64,000 nt of DNA from Setoptus koraiensis (lineage: Eukaryota > Animalia > Arthropoda). Shown here piece after piece: positions 1 to 12,222 of the stretch. A program made the position numbers and the translations under genes. The DNA is taken from contig CM106586.1 of the NCBI GenBank assembly GCA_048013815.1, forward strand, positions 14,446,001 through 14,510,000. Direction: 5' to 3'. Positions within the stretch are counted from its first letter, which is position 1, and each line of letters opens with the position of its first letter. The notes beneath the pieces were generated by a model. It did no database searches and was not told where the DNA came from. It was given only the letters and a program-made list of their open reading frames with translations.

Positions 1-926
1 TCAAAAAAATATCTACATGAACAGTGTATGTAGTGAAGTTAAACGCAGCGCGAAATAACTGACAGTAAATAAAGATTTAAATCAAGAGTAGGGGCAAACT
101 GAATGACATATTATTTAATCATGTTAATCATATTACTACTAATAACAATGATGTGATGCAATGCTGTTCCATGTCATGCTATTTTAGACATTGAACTTGA
201 ATGTTTGCGTCTATTCGCTATTGTTTTTGTGTAGGGTGTTTATGAATAAGGACACAACAAAGACGACAACAACACCATAGACAATTGTCAACAACAGCAT
301 AGTCGCCACAGCATCGCAACAGAATTATATAAGTTATGTTGCGACACATAGATCTGTCATAAAAATGCACATACGTACAAAATTTCACCGCCATCGCCAA
401 TGTAACGATAGTTGGATAGCAACGAAAATATAACAACAACGAAAAATTGCACCAAGCGCTTAATTAATAAAAAACAAAAGATTGAGAGAGGAAGCGCGCA
501 GACTAATCTGAATTGCAGCTGACACTTGATGTCATTATAACATGTACATGATGTTTATTTGATCGGATTGACTCACGAGAACCTAGTAGTTGCGTATGCT
601 GATAGTTATATACAGTATAGTTATAGTTATAGTTATAATAGATCTAGATCTACACAAATCACGCAAGCATCGGTAGCAACAATATCAGCACAACCCCAGA
701 TTTTATCGCAATCAGTTCACAATCTCTGTGTGTCCATTGACTGATTAAACTTTGTTGCTGATGTTGCTGTTTCTCAATCAACACAAACTGAATGAAAACA
801 GAAATTATTAATTCTCCATTCGAATCCATTTATCGTCATTTGCAAACTTTGATTTTAGAGATAGAAAAAGTTTGACACACAAAAGCACCCTAATATTATT
901 TGAACTGAACACAATCGGACATCACA

Positions 927-2771
927 ATGGGTCAAGGCGAGGACTGGGGCTACAGCGAGCACAACGGTGAGTTGCAGAGTCTATTGGTTCGTGGCAGACA
1001 AGTCATTTTCGTTTTTATCTGTTTGCGATATTATCAGTCCATATACAAAATATACTCAATCTGTACACAAATTTATATTCTAAATCCACAAATAATCTAT
1101 GCAAATAATCTGCGCAAATAATCTATGCAAATAAAAGGACCACAAGCGTGGCACAAACGTTATCCCATTGCGAGAGAAGGCACGCATCAATCACCAATAA
1201 ATATCATAATTGATCCGGACAGACGCCACAACAGGAACAATGTCTGTTGCGAGGGTGTTTGCAAAGAAACGGCCACGACGTCATCCAAAAGTGTCAATCA
1301 CGACTGCTTACGCGAACGAATGACGCAAGACATGAGCTTGCATGAACAAAACCAAAACACAAACAATATAAGCAGACAGCGAAATCAGCCTCCGTATCAT
1401 AATCACCATCATCAACATCATAATCATCACCATTCTCATCATTCTCACCACTCTCATCATGGCCAGCATCATCGACATCATCATCAATTGCATCGTCATT
1501 CGCACAATGAGAACGAAGAGACTTTAGATTCGCAAGGTAATTCACCTGTTAGAGGAAGTTTATCGAATTCGTCTGTGAGCTCGTCGTCGTCGCTGTCGTC
1601 AAGACAACAACAACAACAACAACAACAGCAGCAGTCGAGTAATTTGGAGCTGCACAAAGATGCAACACAAATGGACGAAATAATGATCGTTGACGACGAC
1701 AACTTGATCGCTAGCACAAACAATGCAAGACAAGACAACAATGCATCAATGTGCCACTATCGTCAGAGTCATAAAAAGATATTTCTTGGTTACCCGAGAT
1801 CGCTGAACAATTTGCATGTCACAAACACCGGCCACGGATGGCAAATAGACATACCCAAAGAGATAGGCCAGCACACGCGTAGGTTCAATACATATATCTA
1901 TATCACTTTATATATGCCTATATGATTACCAGCAACTAATCGAATGATTGATGTCACAATGATCCATTGTCGCTATCCAGTTTTAACCGGGCCGCCACTC
2001 GATAACCGCAACTACAAATTGGCACAATTTCACTGTCACTGGGGCGAAGATTGTGAACATGGCTCCGAGCATCTGATAAATGGTAAAAGTTTTGCAGCCG
2101 AGGTAAGTCGAATGAACAATGTTACCATTTATTTCAGATATAGATTGATTGATATTGGTGACGATAATAATTAATTGTCACGGTTGTTATCGGCATGAAC
2201 TATAGTTACATTTCGTCCACTGGAACAGCACCGAGTTTGATTCTGTTGAGGAGGCAGCCAAACACAAGCACGGCCTGGCGGTTTTGGGCGTTCTTGTGCA
2301 AGCTTTTGAAGGAGAACAAAATAGAAACAAATATCTTGACAAAATAATTCAGAGCATGGGGGACATTTATGAGCCTGGCCAGAGTGCACCAATTCAGGAC
2401 CATTTTGATATCAAAAAGTTATTTCCAGCAAACAGGTGGATTTATGCCTCGTATGAGGGTTCGTTGACGACGCCACCCCTATCGGAGGTGGTCGATTGGA
2501 TTGTATTTCTCAACCCCATTCACTGTTCCTCCACACAGGTGAGTAGAGGTCACCTGGTGCAAACATAATCCGTAATGGTAATCATATAGATGATGTGTAT
2601 AACTAAATGTAATCTCATTTTCTTGCCCTTCTCATCGATGATATTCCTGTCATGTAGATCGAATCATTCAGACGATTGATATGTGGTAGCAGAAAAAATA
2701 ATCTTACCAATAATTGTCGCCCAGTTCAGCCAGTCAACGAGCGAATCGTGAATGTTTGGACGCACCATTGA
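927..2771 (+). CDS. Alpha-carbonic anhydrase, cytosolic type, 5 exons: 927-966, 1138-1878, 1981-2102, 2206-2538, 2658-2771
   Basis: The spliced translation gives MGQGEDWGYSEHN|GPQAW..YP.A..G..QSPINI, NTGH (His64-equivalent), QFHCHWG (two Zn ligands), GSEH, FAAE|LHFVHWN (third Zn ligand), YEGSLTTPPLSEVVDWIV and NNCRPVQPVNERIV-stop. All four introns are GT-AG (967-1137, 1879-1980, 2103-2205, 2539-2657) and phase-consistent. Confidence 0.95.
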
Positions 2772-3140
2772 CAATACCATTGACACTTGACATTGACACT
2801 TGATATAATTTTCGTATATCTGTATATTGCGCTGTCTATCTTATTTGATAGTATATCCACACTTAATAGTATCACATCACATAAATAACACTTAAACAAG
2901 AATTGACCGATGGCCAACTAAACCATTATCACTTCATGCAGCCTTATTATAAGCACATTAAACATCATTATATAACGACACGCTACAATCAAGAGTACTT
3001 AAGAGTAATTGAATCAAGCTAATAAAGACAATTGAGCAGTTTGATAACTCATGTTAATAAACAATCTGATATTATATTATCCGAGCACTATTCGCAGCAC
3101 TATTATGTAAAACAAAATGTATTATCTTAGTTAGGTCAGT

Positions 3141-5792
3141 TCAAGTCAATTTCACCTGTCTTATTTTCAACGTCACCCTGTATAGGGGCACGTCGCCTTC
3201 TAGCCCTGGCCAAAACAAGCCCCCTTTGTGTCCAATCCAAGAGTCCTGTCTCGCCTTGTCCACTCGTTGATTGGCGCTCCAGTTTCCATTTGTGACGGCC
3301 GTCAAAAGAATCCAGTGGCAGCTTTTATTCCATTCCTTTATTCTTTTATCGCCAACCTTTGTATTTGAAACAAAATCCTTAGGTACAAACCACCAGCCGG
3401 CCCCATCAGCCATCTTTGAGCAGCCATATAATTCCTCTAAAGTTTGTTGTCGTTCTCTTGATCGATTCTCAATGCTGTCATAGTGCAATATCTCAACTGA
3501 CGGGTCAATTCGCGTTCTAGAGCTGCCCCCACTATCACTATTGCTAGACGGCAACACAGCAAGCCTCGTGGTTTGATTGTCAACTACGCTAAACTGTGCC
3601 TTCTTCCTTGATGGTGGCGGATGATCTTGCGTCCAAAATTCACTTTGATTGTGATACTCAAATATTTGCCCTCTAGTATCATTACAGTGCCCAATATGCA
3701 AACGATAGTTGTTTGTTTCATTGTGAACCATGAAAGAATCATAATGTAAAGTCATGGATTTATTAAATTGAGTCTCTACTTCCAGAATGGCCTCCGTTTT
3801 GTCGCTTGCTGTCAACAAATGCATCAAATCCAAGCCCAACCAAAATTCGCCCTCATCATCCATGTGACCGAAGCCATACTTGTAGCTGTCCCAATCCTGA
3901 TCGAAGCCCACTTTTATTGTTTGAGCACGTTGCAAGGCACTTTGACTCGTTGTTCTCGGGGTCACTTGATGTTGCTCGTAACGCCGTCTATCTTTGATTG
4001 AGGCATCTATCTCATTGGAGCTCACCTGATCGAGCACGTCGGACACAGATGAGTTCATGGTTACCTGGCTCATGTGTGGCGCTCTAGTGTAATCTATGCG
4101 ACGCATTACAACTGTCCAACCGCCACCATCGCCTCTGTCCTCCATGTCACAATAGACACGATGAACCCGATGCTTATTTATTATGTAATACTGACCACTA
4201 CAATTGGCGCCGTTTCTTCTCAATTGCAAGCAACTCTTAGGTGCCACCAATTTTGTCGGGTTACACTTGACAGTATTGGTCTGTTTCTGTTGTTGCATCA
4301 TTGTAGTGTTTGTTGACTTGTTGGCTGTACTGAAAGTGGTGGTCGAGTTGCTCGTTTGTTGCCTTATCAACCTGCCATCATGAGTGTACCATCTAGTTGG
4401 AAGTTTGCCATTGTTGATGCTCGCATCATTGTGACTCGATTTTGGAGCATCATCAATTTTGACGGATGTTGGCGGCGCTGACACGGTAGAAAACCAATTT
4501 GCTGTTTGTTCGGGCGCTGCTTGCTGCTGGCCGTCGACGGTGCTGCTGTCGAAATAGACTGGCGATTTGCATTCAGATTGCCGTTTGTTTATTAATTGAG
4601 CGACATGCTTCACCACAGAATTAATCTCGGACAATTGGTTTTGCATCGAGTCGTAAACGGTACTATTGCGTTTCCAATCATGATGCAAACTATTGTCACT
4701 AGGCGACTTGTTGCTTGATTCTGAGTTATCTTTCGGGTTGATTTCCTCGTTCAGCATCTTTGCAATGGCACTCAGATCGGAACTCTTCAAAGTTGTCTCA
4801 TTAGACTCGTCTTGCTGGTTGCCATCAGTTGCTGTTGTTGTCCTTTTTATCAACTGGCTGCTCTTGTCGTCTTGTGTCTTGACAATGCACCTGTCCGTAC
4901 CAACTGGTGCTGTATCGGACCGGTTAGCGATGGTCAGTTGCATTTCTGCAACGGCTACGCGAGTCACTGAGCATTCATCTTTTATTTCGTTCAATTGGTC
5001 AGCTATAGACTTGTACTGATAGGCGCGATCCACCTCTCTATTGAGTAATTTATTCAATTGATTTCTCATGCTAGCTAGTTGTTCCATAATCAACGAAACG
5101 CCAGCATCATCGTCGGCTATGTTGTCGCTATTTATTACAGACAACAACGATGACGTCTGCTGCTGCTGCTTCTTCTTCTTTGCGAAATCTCTATTTCCGG
5201 CCGAGCCATCTTTCTCATTGTCTTCGTTGGGCGAATCACCAACGACAGTCGTGTTATTGACCAATCGCTCACTCTCATCGGCTTCTTCGGTCAGCTTTAC
5301 GCTGGTCCTCTTTTCACGGGTGGCATCAATTGGATGATTGCTGTTGCTGGCGCCATTTGCATACATGTCTGAGTTTGGCAGACCAACGGAATCGTTGAGG
5401 TTGTTACTCTCTAATGAGGCGCGCAACAAATTGTCTGTACTCTGTTGGGCACTTGTTTGTGCTGCAGTCAATTGCATTTGAGCCAACATCAAAACAATTT
5501 TGTCTAATTTGTGTTCGCTCGATCGCATATTGGCTTCCAGTTTCTCTATGTGTTTTTCAACTCTAGAATCCACGCTAACCTTATGCGCTTGCTTAGCATC
5601 CAGCCAATCTATGAGTGTCTCAACGCCGCTTACAACATGGCTGAGTTTCTGAGACACCCCATGTAGGGTCGTGTCGTCCGAGGAGTCATGTCCAAGTGAG
5701 GTCTCAATGAGACCCAGTGATAATATCAAGGTTACTATCAGCACAAACAAGTTTGCATTGCGTGTTGATAGATTAGTGAACCAATCAAACAT
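3141..5792 (-). CDS. Secreted fibrinogen-related domain (FReD) protein, scabrous/angiopoietin-like, 883 aa, single exon
   Basis: ATG at 5792 with an N-terminal hydrophobic segment (LFVLIVTLILSLGLI) and coiled-coil-like segments. The C-terminal FReD motifs are SCLQL..G.NCSGQYYI, VYCDM..DGGGWTVVMRR, FDQDWDSYKYGFG..EGEFWLGL, YRLHIG and GAGWWF. Confidence 0.9.
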   Translation of the reverse strand: MFDWFTNLSTRNANLFVLIVTLILSLGLIETSLGHDSSDDTTLHGVSQKLSHVVSGVETLIDWLDAKQAHKVSVDSRVEKHIEKLEANMRSSEHKLDKIVLMLAQMQLTAAQTSAQQSTDNLLRASLESNNLNDSVGLPNSDMYANGASNSNHPIDATREKRTSVKLTEEADESERLVNNTTVVGDSPNEDNEKDGSAGNRDFAKKKKQQQQTSSLLSVINSDNIADDDAGVSLIMEQLASMRNQLNKLLNREVDRAYQYKSIADQLNEIKDECSVTRVAVAEMQLTIANRSDTAPVGTDRCIVKTQDDKSSQLIKRTTTATDGNQQDESNETTLKSSDLSAIAKMLNEEINPKDNSESSNKSPSDNSLHHDWKRNSTVYDSMQNQLSEINSVVKHVAQLINKRQSECKSPVYFDSSTVDGQQQAAPEQTANWFSTVSAPPTSVKIDDAPKSSHNDASINNGKLPTRWYTHDGRLIRQQTSNSTTTFSTANKSTNTTMMQQQKQTNTVKCNPTKLVAPKSCLQLRRNGANCSGQYYIINKHRVHRVYCDMEDRGDGGGWTVVMRRIDYTRAPHMSQVTMNSSVSDVLDQVSSNEIDASIKDRRRYEQHQVTPRTTSQSALQRAQTIKVGFDQDWDSYKYGFGHMDDEGEFWLGLDLMHLLTASDKTEAILEVETQFNKSMTLHYDSFMVHNETNNYRLHIGHCNDTRGQIFEYHNQSEFWTQDHPPPSRKKAQFSVVDNQTTRLAVLPSSNSDSGGSSRTRIDPSVEILHYDSIENRSRERQQTLEELYGCSKMADGAGWWFVPKDFVSNTKVGDKRIKEWNKSCHWILLTAVTNGNWSANQRVDKARQDSWIGHKGGLFWPGLEGDVPLYRVTLKIRQVKLT

Positions 5793-7177
5793 TCTGTTCT
5801 GCTTTGAAACATTGATTTGATAAAATGAAAAATTGACGATGCCCGTTATTGCGAATTCTGTTTTGACTGTGATTCCATCTCAAAAATCTTCTCACTTGAA
5901 CACGAACAATATATAATAATATAGTAATTTATGGTATATTTCGTATGTGGTGATATGTCTCGTTAGAGAAGCATCTGGCTCTCAATTTATTGTGAATCGA
6001 TTCTCCCCGCGATACATCGTTATCTTGATCATGATTAGCTGAACGATTGTCACGTTACTGCAAGCAAAGAATGTCTCATCATGAGACATTCTTCGAGACT
6101 CTCATTAGCCTGAAGGGCTTGTGCTTTTTTTTTTCCTTACAATATCAACGCAAACAAACAAAAAAGTCTTATGTTTGATCATCATTAGTTTACACATCGT
6201 GTCGCATTGATGATAAAATTATTTATTTGCACTAAATATATATCGCTGTTGTTAGTTTAATCGCTAACAATTAGCTTGATTTGTAGAGATAACAGGCATA
6301 AGCAAAGCCAACATCAACCATTAGATTATTGTTGATCTAACAAACACATTGGCGCTCCACGTAGAGTTTATTTAGAGAAAACTTTTCTGCGAGAGGAAAA
6401 AATTCAAGTCTATACTGGCGAGAGGTCAATTGTTTCGTCGTTTTAATTGACTTACAAATGTCTATTATTCAGCCAGGCGTGTGCCGACGAACATTGTCCT
6501 ATGAACCGCCATTCCATGATAACGGTAACAACAACGAAATAATTATGCGACACGATATCACAAATCACGCCTGTCTTGCTATACAACAAATGTGCATTTT
6601 CCTGGTATCGTTGTTTTGCTAATCCTCGTCTTATCCGCACGTCAGGACACATTGACACACGTTCGCAATCATTACAGGCTCTACAGGTATAACCTGGATC
6701 AAGCTTTTACATTTGACAGCAAGCTCGCTTGTGCAATCAGGCTTCCAGAGGAATTTCATCATTTTCTTGGTGTCAGTCTTATACTAGGATCATGCGAACC
6801 AAGCTTTGGTTACCAAAGTAATGACGCATTTGCTCGTAATCTTATGTCTGGCAACGATGTGAGGAATGATAGGAATTGTGTAGTTGATGTAACTTGAGTG
6901 AGTGATCGATAGTGGCCAGAGTCTCTATGCAGTCTGTTTCTAGTTGAGGAGGGTGACATGACTCAAAGTTGGAACGAATCATAGAGGAGGCAGACGGAAA
7001 TCCGCGGGACAGTTGAGCCGACAATGAGCTTGTGAATGATTGGGAACGTTAGAAATCAGCACAGACCACATTCTGGCCCCGTGCCGAATGGGGCATCGAC
7101 GATGCATTCAGCAGATCGAAAAGAATAGTGATATCCGAGCACCGATGCAACCAAACAATTATTTCAATCATTCAGCC

Positions 7178-7240
7178 TCAGACCTGCATCGTTACATGAA
7201 TGATGCAGGTCTGATGTTCTGCATCATTCATTATGTAATG
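7178..7240. repeat. Two overlapping perfect 13-bp inverted repeats (alternative hairpins)
   Basis: TCAGACCTGCATC (7178-7190) is the reverse complement of GATGCAGGTCTGA (7202-7214). ATGAATGATGCAG (7196-7208) is the reverse complement of CTGCATCATTCAT (7219-7231). Confidence 0.9.
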
Positions 7241-9229
7241 AGACAAAATCATCATTTATTTCGTGCTGTCTTGCGAATCTAGAGCAATAGATGATCAAGT
7301 TTACGTATTTTGTTCGGTCGCATGGTTTGTTTAAAACAATTTTTTTTGTGAGTTTGAATTTTGCGCCCTCATTTAACTATTGTTCGATTTTCGTTCGATG
7401 CTTGATAATTTCATTCGAAAATTCATCTTCAAGCCAACTATATTATCCTATTTGTTACACAGTAGAGGTGTGTAACAAACAACCAAGCCACGCTCACTTT
7501 AATATAGCGCAATAATGGGACGAGAACAAAAGTCTGTCTCTGTGCGGACACACTCCATAAACAAGTGTTGACATTATCAGTGATTTGCAGTGGTTGTACT
7601 TTCATCCGAAAGGTTTTCCTTCCTCTTGTTTTATTATTTCGTCTACGCATAGTAGCCGTTTTTGTCTCTCTAGACACTTCCTTCAACTTGTCAAATGGAG
7701 TTCGTCCAGCGAACTCCAGGCCTCATGTGGCCATGCATTGTACCATGCATAACAGGTTATTGAGAAAGAAAAGGAAGCAGAAGCGTCAGGTCAACAGTGT
7801 CGAGATTTATTGCGAGCCTCACTTTGATAAGTTGGTCGCAATTGACATTTCATCATATGCGTCATTGCGTTGTGTGCATGATGATGTAACTATACGCCAA
7901 CATCTCCATGTGCCGCAAGGACTGTGTGCGAATAAAATCCGAAAGGGCGGCGCTTCGAGCTCGTTCGCAGTCTCTAGATAGTCTGCTTAAGCAGCTGTTT
8001 TGTTTGACAAAATTGCGTAATTGTCATCTGTTTCAAGGCAGACAGAAAGTAAATCAAATACGCTGAACATTTATCGTGACACAACCCGTTTGACAGCCGC
8101 ATTTCAGAGCGTTGCGCGCGCCTCTGGCGGATATTTTTTGCACAGCCTTCATAGGTATTGGAAATGGGTCTGTCGCGCAGATAATTGTACTAGTGCTCGA
8201 GTGGCGCCACGTATAGTAGAGCTGCTGAACTTGTGTGGGCCATAGATTGCTCAAGAGCGACTTTTTATTACTTGTGAGCTGTAGTTCGACGAGGGGAGGA
8301 GCAGAGTGACCGGAGGGGTAGGAATGATGATATAGAATTGTTGTGCACAGTGCACCAACAGTGGACCCAGTGCATTTTGCGAACGGTGGCACAGATCTTG
8401 TGTTGAGCGGGCCACATGCAGCTGAGGCGGTTTGACCGTAACTGCTGCACGCACACACAGCGCTGCCCGCATTAGGCCTAGCACGGGCGGCACACTTGGG
8501 CGAGTGCAACGTTCTGTGCGAACAACGATTGTGTGCGCCCCTGACACATGCATAATACAAGTGCAAGGTTTTGCTGGGTTCACCCCTGCAACTGGAAGGC
8601 AATTGGATTTTCGTATACAGTTGGCAGCAGCGAGCAACAACCCCAAGCGAGCATTGATTCTTGTCGTGTTGCATTTGCTGTGCTCTTTGCCAAAGCAGCT
8701 GCTAACACACACTGCACTATAGTAAACATGTCGCACGACAGACGGACAGACAGACAGACGGACAGACAATTTATACTCGCGGGCATAGTAGTTCAACGCA
8801 CAAAGAGCATGCACATACAGTGCGAAGCTGTGGAGTTTTGTAATATGAGTTCCAAGGGGAACAAATTCTGTGCGCACTATTGAGATTTTATTTTGATCTC
8901 CCCAGTTTATATGCGTTATCTCCTGTATACATTGTCTCTATTCTGCCATTATTATCAATATTATTATTATTATCACTATTACCGCCACGATTATCCTCAT
9001 TATTCTCATTATCATCAGCACATTACACATAATATTGTACTATCATCATTTCTGTCGTGACCGTTGACTCGGGTCCGCTTTATATTTATTGCCATTCGTT
9101 TAACAATCAAAACAACAAAGACTCTTTTAGATCACACACACGCAGATAGGAGACTACATAAATTAAAAATTTCATTTCATTCGCCAGCAAGTCGAAATAT
9201 AGATAAAACCCCACATAAAACACTACACA

Positions 9230-11794
9230 ATGTCGGCCTCAGCAAGCCGTGAGCCCAATCATGATGTCTTGGCGGTCATTTGGGACGATTTGAGGGACGG
9301 AATAACGCAAGTATTCGATAAGGACAAAAAACAAATGAAGCCACCTCGTTACATGGAACTGTACACACACGTTTACAATTATTGTACAAACAATAGCTGT
9401 CAAAATAATATCAATCCCATCGGCGGCCTCTCTAACGCCTCGCGAGCTCAATGGAAACCGTCTGGGGCAAGCGGCAGGCTCACCAATGGCGGCCCATCGA
9501 GCAACCAACAACCGAACCCTGCCAACCGTAGTAACATTGTTGGCCTTGAACTATATCAAAAGCTTAAAAATTTTCTAGTTGAATATCTCGAAATATTGCT
9601 AGTGGAGGGTAGCGACAAAATGGACGAAGATCTTTTGATATTTTACACAAAATTGTGGGACGAATACCGATTCTCCAGCAGGGTGCTAGACGGCATTTGT
9701 TCATATTTAAACAGGCATTGGGTTAGAAGAGAAATAGACGAGGGACACAGAGGCATATATTTTGTTTATCAACTAGCATTGGTCACGTGGCGCGATGTTC
9801 TATTTAGTAAGCTAGGATCCAAGGTTACTAACGCCATCTCAAAGTTGATTGAAAAAGAAAGAAATGGTGAGACTATAAACACTAGACTTATTTCTGGTGT
9901 TATTAGCTGTTATGTAGAATTAGGCCTCAATGAACCGGAATACACCATTGGCACCTCTATTGAACCAAATAGTCTTAGTATTTATGCCTCGTTTGAAGTG
10001 AAATTTCTTAGTGATACAGAGGAATATTATGCCAGAGAGAGTAGTGCATTCTTAGCCAATAATTCATTATCAGATTACATGCGCCGTGCAGAACAAAGAT
10101 TGTCAGAAGAACAAAAACGTGTTGGCTTATATCTACATGAATCAACCAAAATCAAATTAGCTGAAACATGCCAAAATGTCCTTATTAAAAGACACCTAGA
10201 TTTATTTCATAGTGAATTTCAAATACTATTGATTGACGGAAAAACTGAAAATCTTTCTAGGATATATCATCTAGTTGCTAGAATTAATGATGGCTTGACA
10301 AAACTCAAAGTAATATTGGAGAATCACATAACAAACCAAGGTCTAGCTGCGATAGAAAAATGCGGTAGCACCGCATTAAATGATCCAAAGCTATTCGTAA
10401 CAACTGTTCTAGATGTACATAAAGTTTATGACAATTTAGTTAGAACAGCGTTCGACAATGATGCTGGCTTTGTGACATCTTTAGACAAGGCCTGCGAAAA
10501 GTTCATCAATAACAATAATGTAACCAAAATGTCCGAATCCACCAGTAAGTCACCGGAATTGTTAGCCAAGTATTGTGATATACTTCTAAAGAAATCCTCG
10601 AAGAATCCAGAGGAAACTGAATTGGAAGAAACATTGAAACAAGTGATAACTGTCTTCAGATATATTGAAGATAAAGATGTGTTTCAAAAATTCTATACCA
10701 AGATGTATGCCAAGAGATTGGTACAGAGAACTTCTGCCAGCGACGACTCAGAGATGAGTATGATCTCTAAACTAAAGGAGGCATGCGGATTTGAGTATAC
10801 TTCAAAACTTCAGCGAATGTTTCAGGACACCACAATAACAAAACAGTTGAACGAGGAATTTAATAAAGAGATGACCTCATCTAATAAAGATCTCGAGTAC
10901 GACTTTTACATACAGTTACTCACATCAGGTTCATGGCCATTTCAACAGACTATGAAATTTGAGTTACCTCAGGAACTATTAACGAGCGTCAAATATTTTA
11001 CTGATTTTTACTGCAAAAAATTCAATGGTCGCAAACTGCACTGGCTCTACCAATTATCTAAAGGTGAAATCGTGACACATTGTTTCAAAAATCAATATAC
11101 ATTATCAGCATCCACTCTTCAAATGGCTATCTTATTACAATACAACACAGGAAATGTCTTCACTGTTAGACAATTAAGTGAGAATACTCAAATAGAGATC
11201 GACTTACTGATTCAGGTTCTTGGTGTGTTATTAAAGACGAAGTTATTGATGTTAGACGGAAATTACATAACATCATCCACAAACAACTATCCAACTCAGC
11301 ATCAGCAGAAACCTGGCTCGACAAATCTGATATCCTCACAATCGACCAATATCAGAGGGGAAACTACGCAAAGCTCGAAAGAACCTGGAGAGGAAACAAC
11401 TGTAGGCGATAGTGTAGCCGGTAAAGACAACGATTGTGGTGAAGACTCACTTCGTCCCGACTCGGCTATATCTCTATATTTCGGTTATAGGAATAAAAAG
11501 CTTCGAGTAAACATCAATGTGCCCTTGAAGACAGAGATAAAGCAGGAGCATGAGAAAACACATAAGAATGTTGAAGACGATCGCAAATTAGTGATTCAAG
11601 CTTCCATAGTGCGAATAATGAAGACTAGGAAAACTTTGAGTCATCAGCATCTCTTAGTTGAGGTTTTCAGCCAGTTGTCCGCCAGATTCAAGCCAAGTGT
11701 GTCTGTAATCAAAAAGTGTATAGATATTCTGATTGATAAAGAGTATTTGGCGCGAGATGAGGCATCGAAGGATACTTACAAGTACGTAGCCTAA
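9230..11794 (+). CDS. Cul1: Cullin-1, 854 aa, single exon
   Basis: Contains [121 protein letters not shown], the neddylation motif IVRIMK.RK and [13 protein letters not shown]. These are CUL1-type motifs. Confidence 0.97.
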   Translation: MSASASREPNHDVLAVIWDDLRDGITQVFDKDKKQMKPPRYMELYTHVYNYCTNNSCQNNINPIGGLSNASRAQWKPSGASGRLTNGGPSSNQQPNPANRSNIVGLELYQKLKNFLVEYLEILLVEGSDKMDEDLLIFYTKLWDEYRFSSRVLDGICSYLNRHWVRREIDEGHRGIYFVYQLALVTWRDVLFSKLGSKVTNAISKLIEKERNGETINTRLISGVISCYVELGLNEPEYTIGTSIEPNSLSIYASFEVKFLSDTEEYYARESSAFLANNSLSDYMRRAEQRLSEEQKRVGLYLHESTKIKLAETCQNVLIKRHLDLFHSEFQILLIDGKTENLSRIYHLVARINDGLTKLKVILENHITNQGLAAIEKCGSTALNDPKLFVTTVLDVHKVYDNLVRTAFDNDAGFVTSLDKACEKFINNNNVTKMSESTSKSPELLAKYCDILLKKSSKNPEETELEETLKQVITVFRYIEDKDVFQKFYTKMYAKRLVQRTSASDDSEMSMISKLKEACGFEYTSKLQRMFQDTTITKQLNEEFNKEMTSSNKDLEYDFYIQLLTSGSWPFQQTMKFELPQELLTSVKYFTDFYCKKFNGRKLHWLYQLSKGEIVTHCFKNQYTLSASTLQMAILLQYNTGNVFTVRQLSENTQIEIDLLIQVLGVLLKTKLLMLDGNYITSSTNNYPTQHQQKPGSTNLISSQSTNIRGETTQSSKEPGEETTVGDSVAGKDNDCGEDSLRPDSAISLYFGYRNKKLRVNINVPLKTEIKQEHEKTHKNVEDDRKLVIQASIVRIMKTRKTLSHQHLLVEVFSQLSARFKPSVSVIKKCIDILIDKEYLARDEASKDTYKYVA

Positions 11795-11966
11795 TGCATG
11801 GACGAGCAATAGGATATCGATCTTGACCAACTCACAATAAATTGATAGTAACGAGTGTAATTAATGAATATATATTCTGGAAAAAAAATCAACATAAAAG
11901 AATCATTATGAATAATAAAAGTCAGTATCGCGCGTGTTGAATCGATGTTAACAAATAGTAAATTCG

Positions 11967-12205
11967 AAAAAACCACCTCGCAAACCTGGGAGGTCATGCG
12001 CAAAAGGAAATGTTCTCACTTGGGGTTTCTCTTGATTCACAAAGAATACCAAGTGCGTATTTGGCTCGCGCGCAGCGTTGGCCCGGGCCTCCGTTCTTGC
12101 TCCTATTGGGCCCCCGAAAGCCTTGTGGGCACAGCGAACACTTGGTCTCTTGGCAATTCTTGTTTGAGGAAAAGAAGCGGTCAGATCCATGTATTTTTGA
12201 TTTAA
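11967..12205 (-). ncRNA. Candidate structured Pol III small RNA (~240 nt), family not identified
   Basis: GC-rich core in an AT-rich spacer with long-range pairings (ACCAAGTG/CACTTGGT, AAGAAT/ATTCTT). On the minus strand it ends in a hairpin ACCTC..GAGGT followed by GGTTTTTT (T6 at 11972-11967). A PSE-like motif and a TATA-like box lie upstream. Confidence 0.35.
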
Positions 12206-12222
12206 ATTTGAGCATTTCGCTT

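Noticed and set aside
7565-7981. 138-aa + strand ORF and neighbouring 60-100-aa ORFs at 6.4-7.7 kb
   Set aside because: No recognisable motif and no convincing splice chain could be built on either strand.
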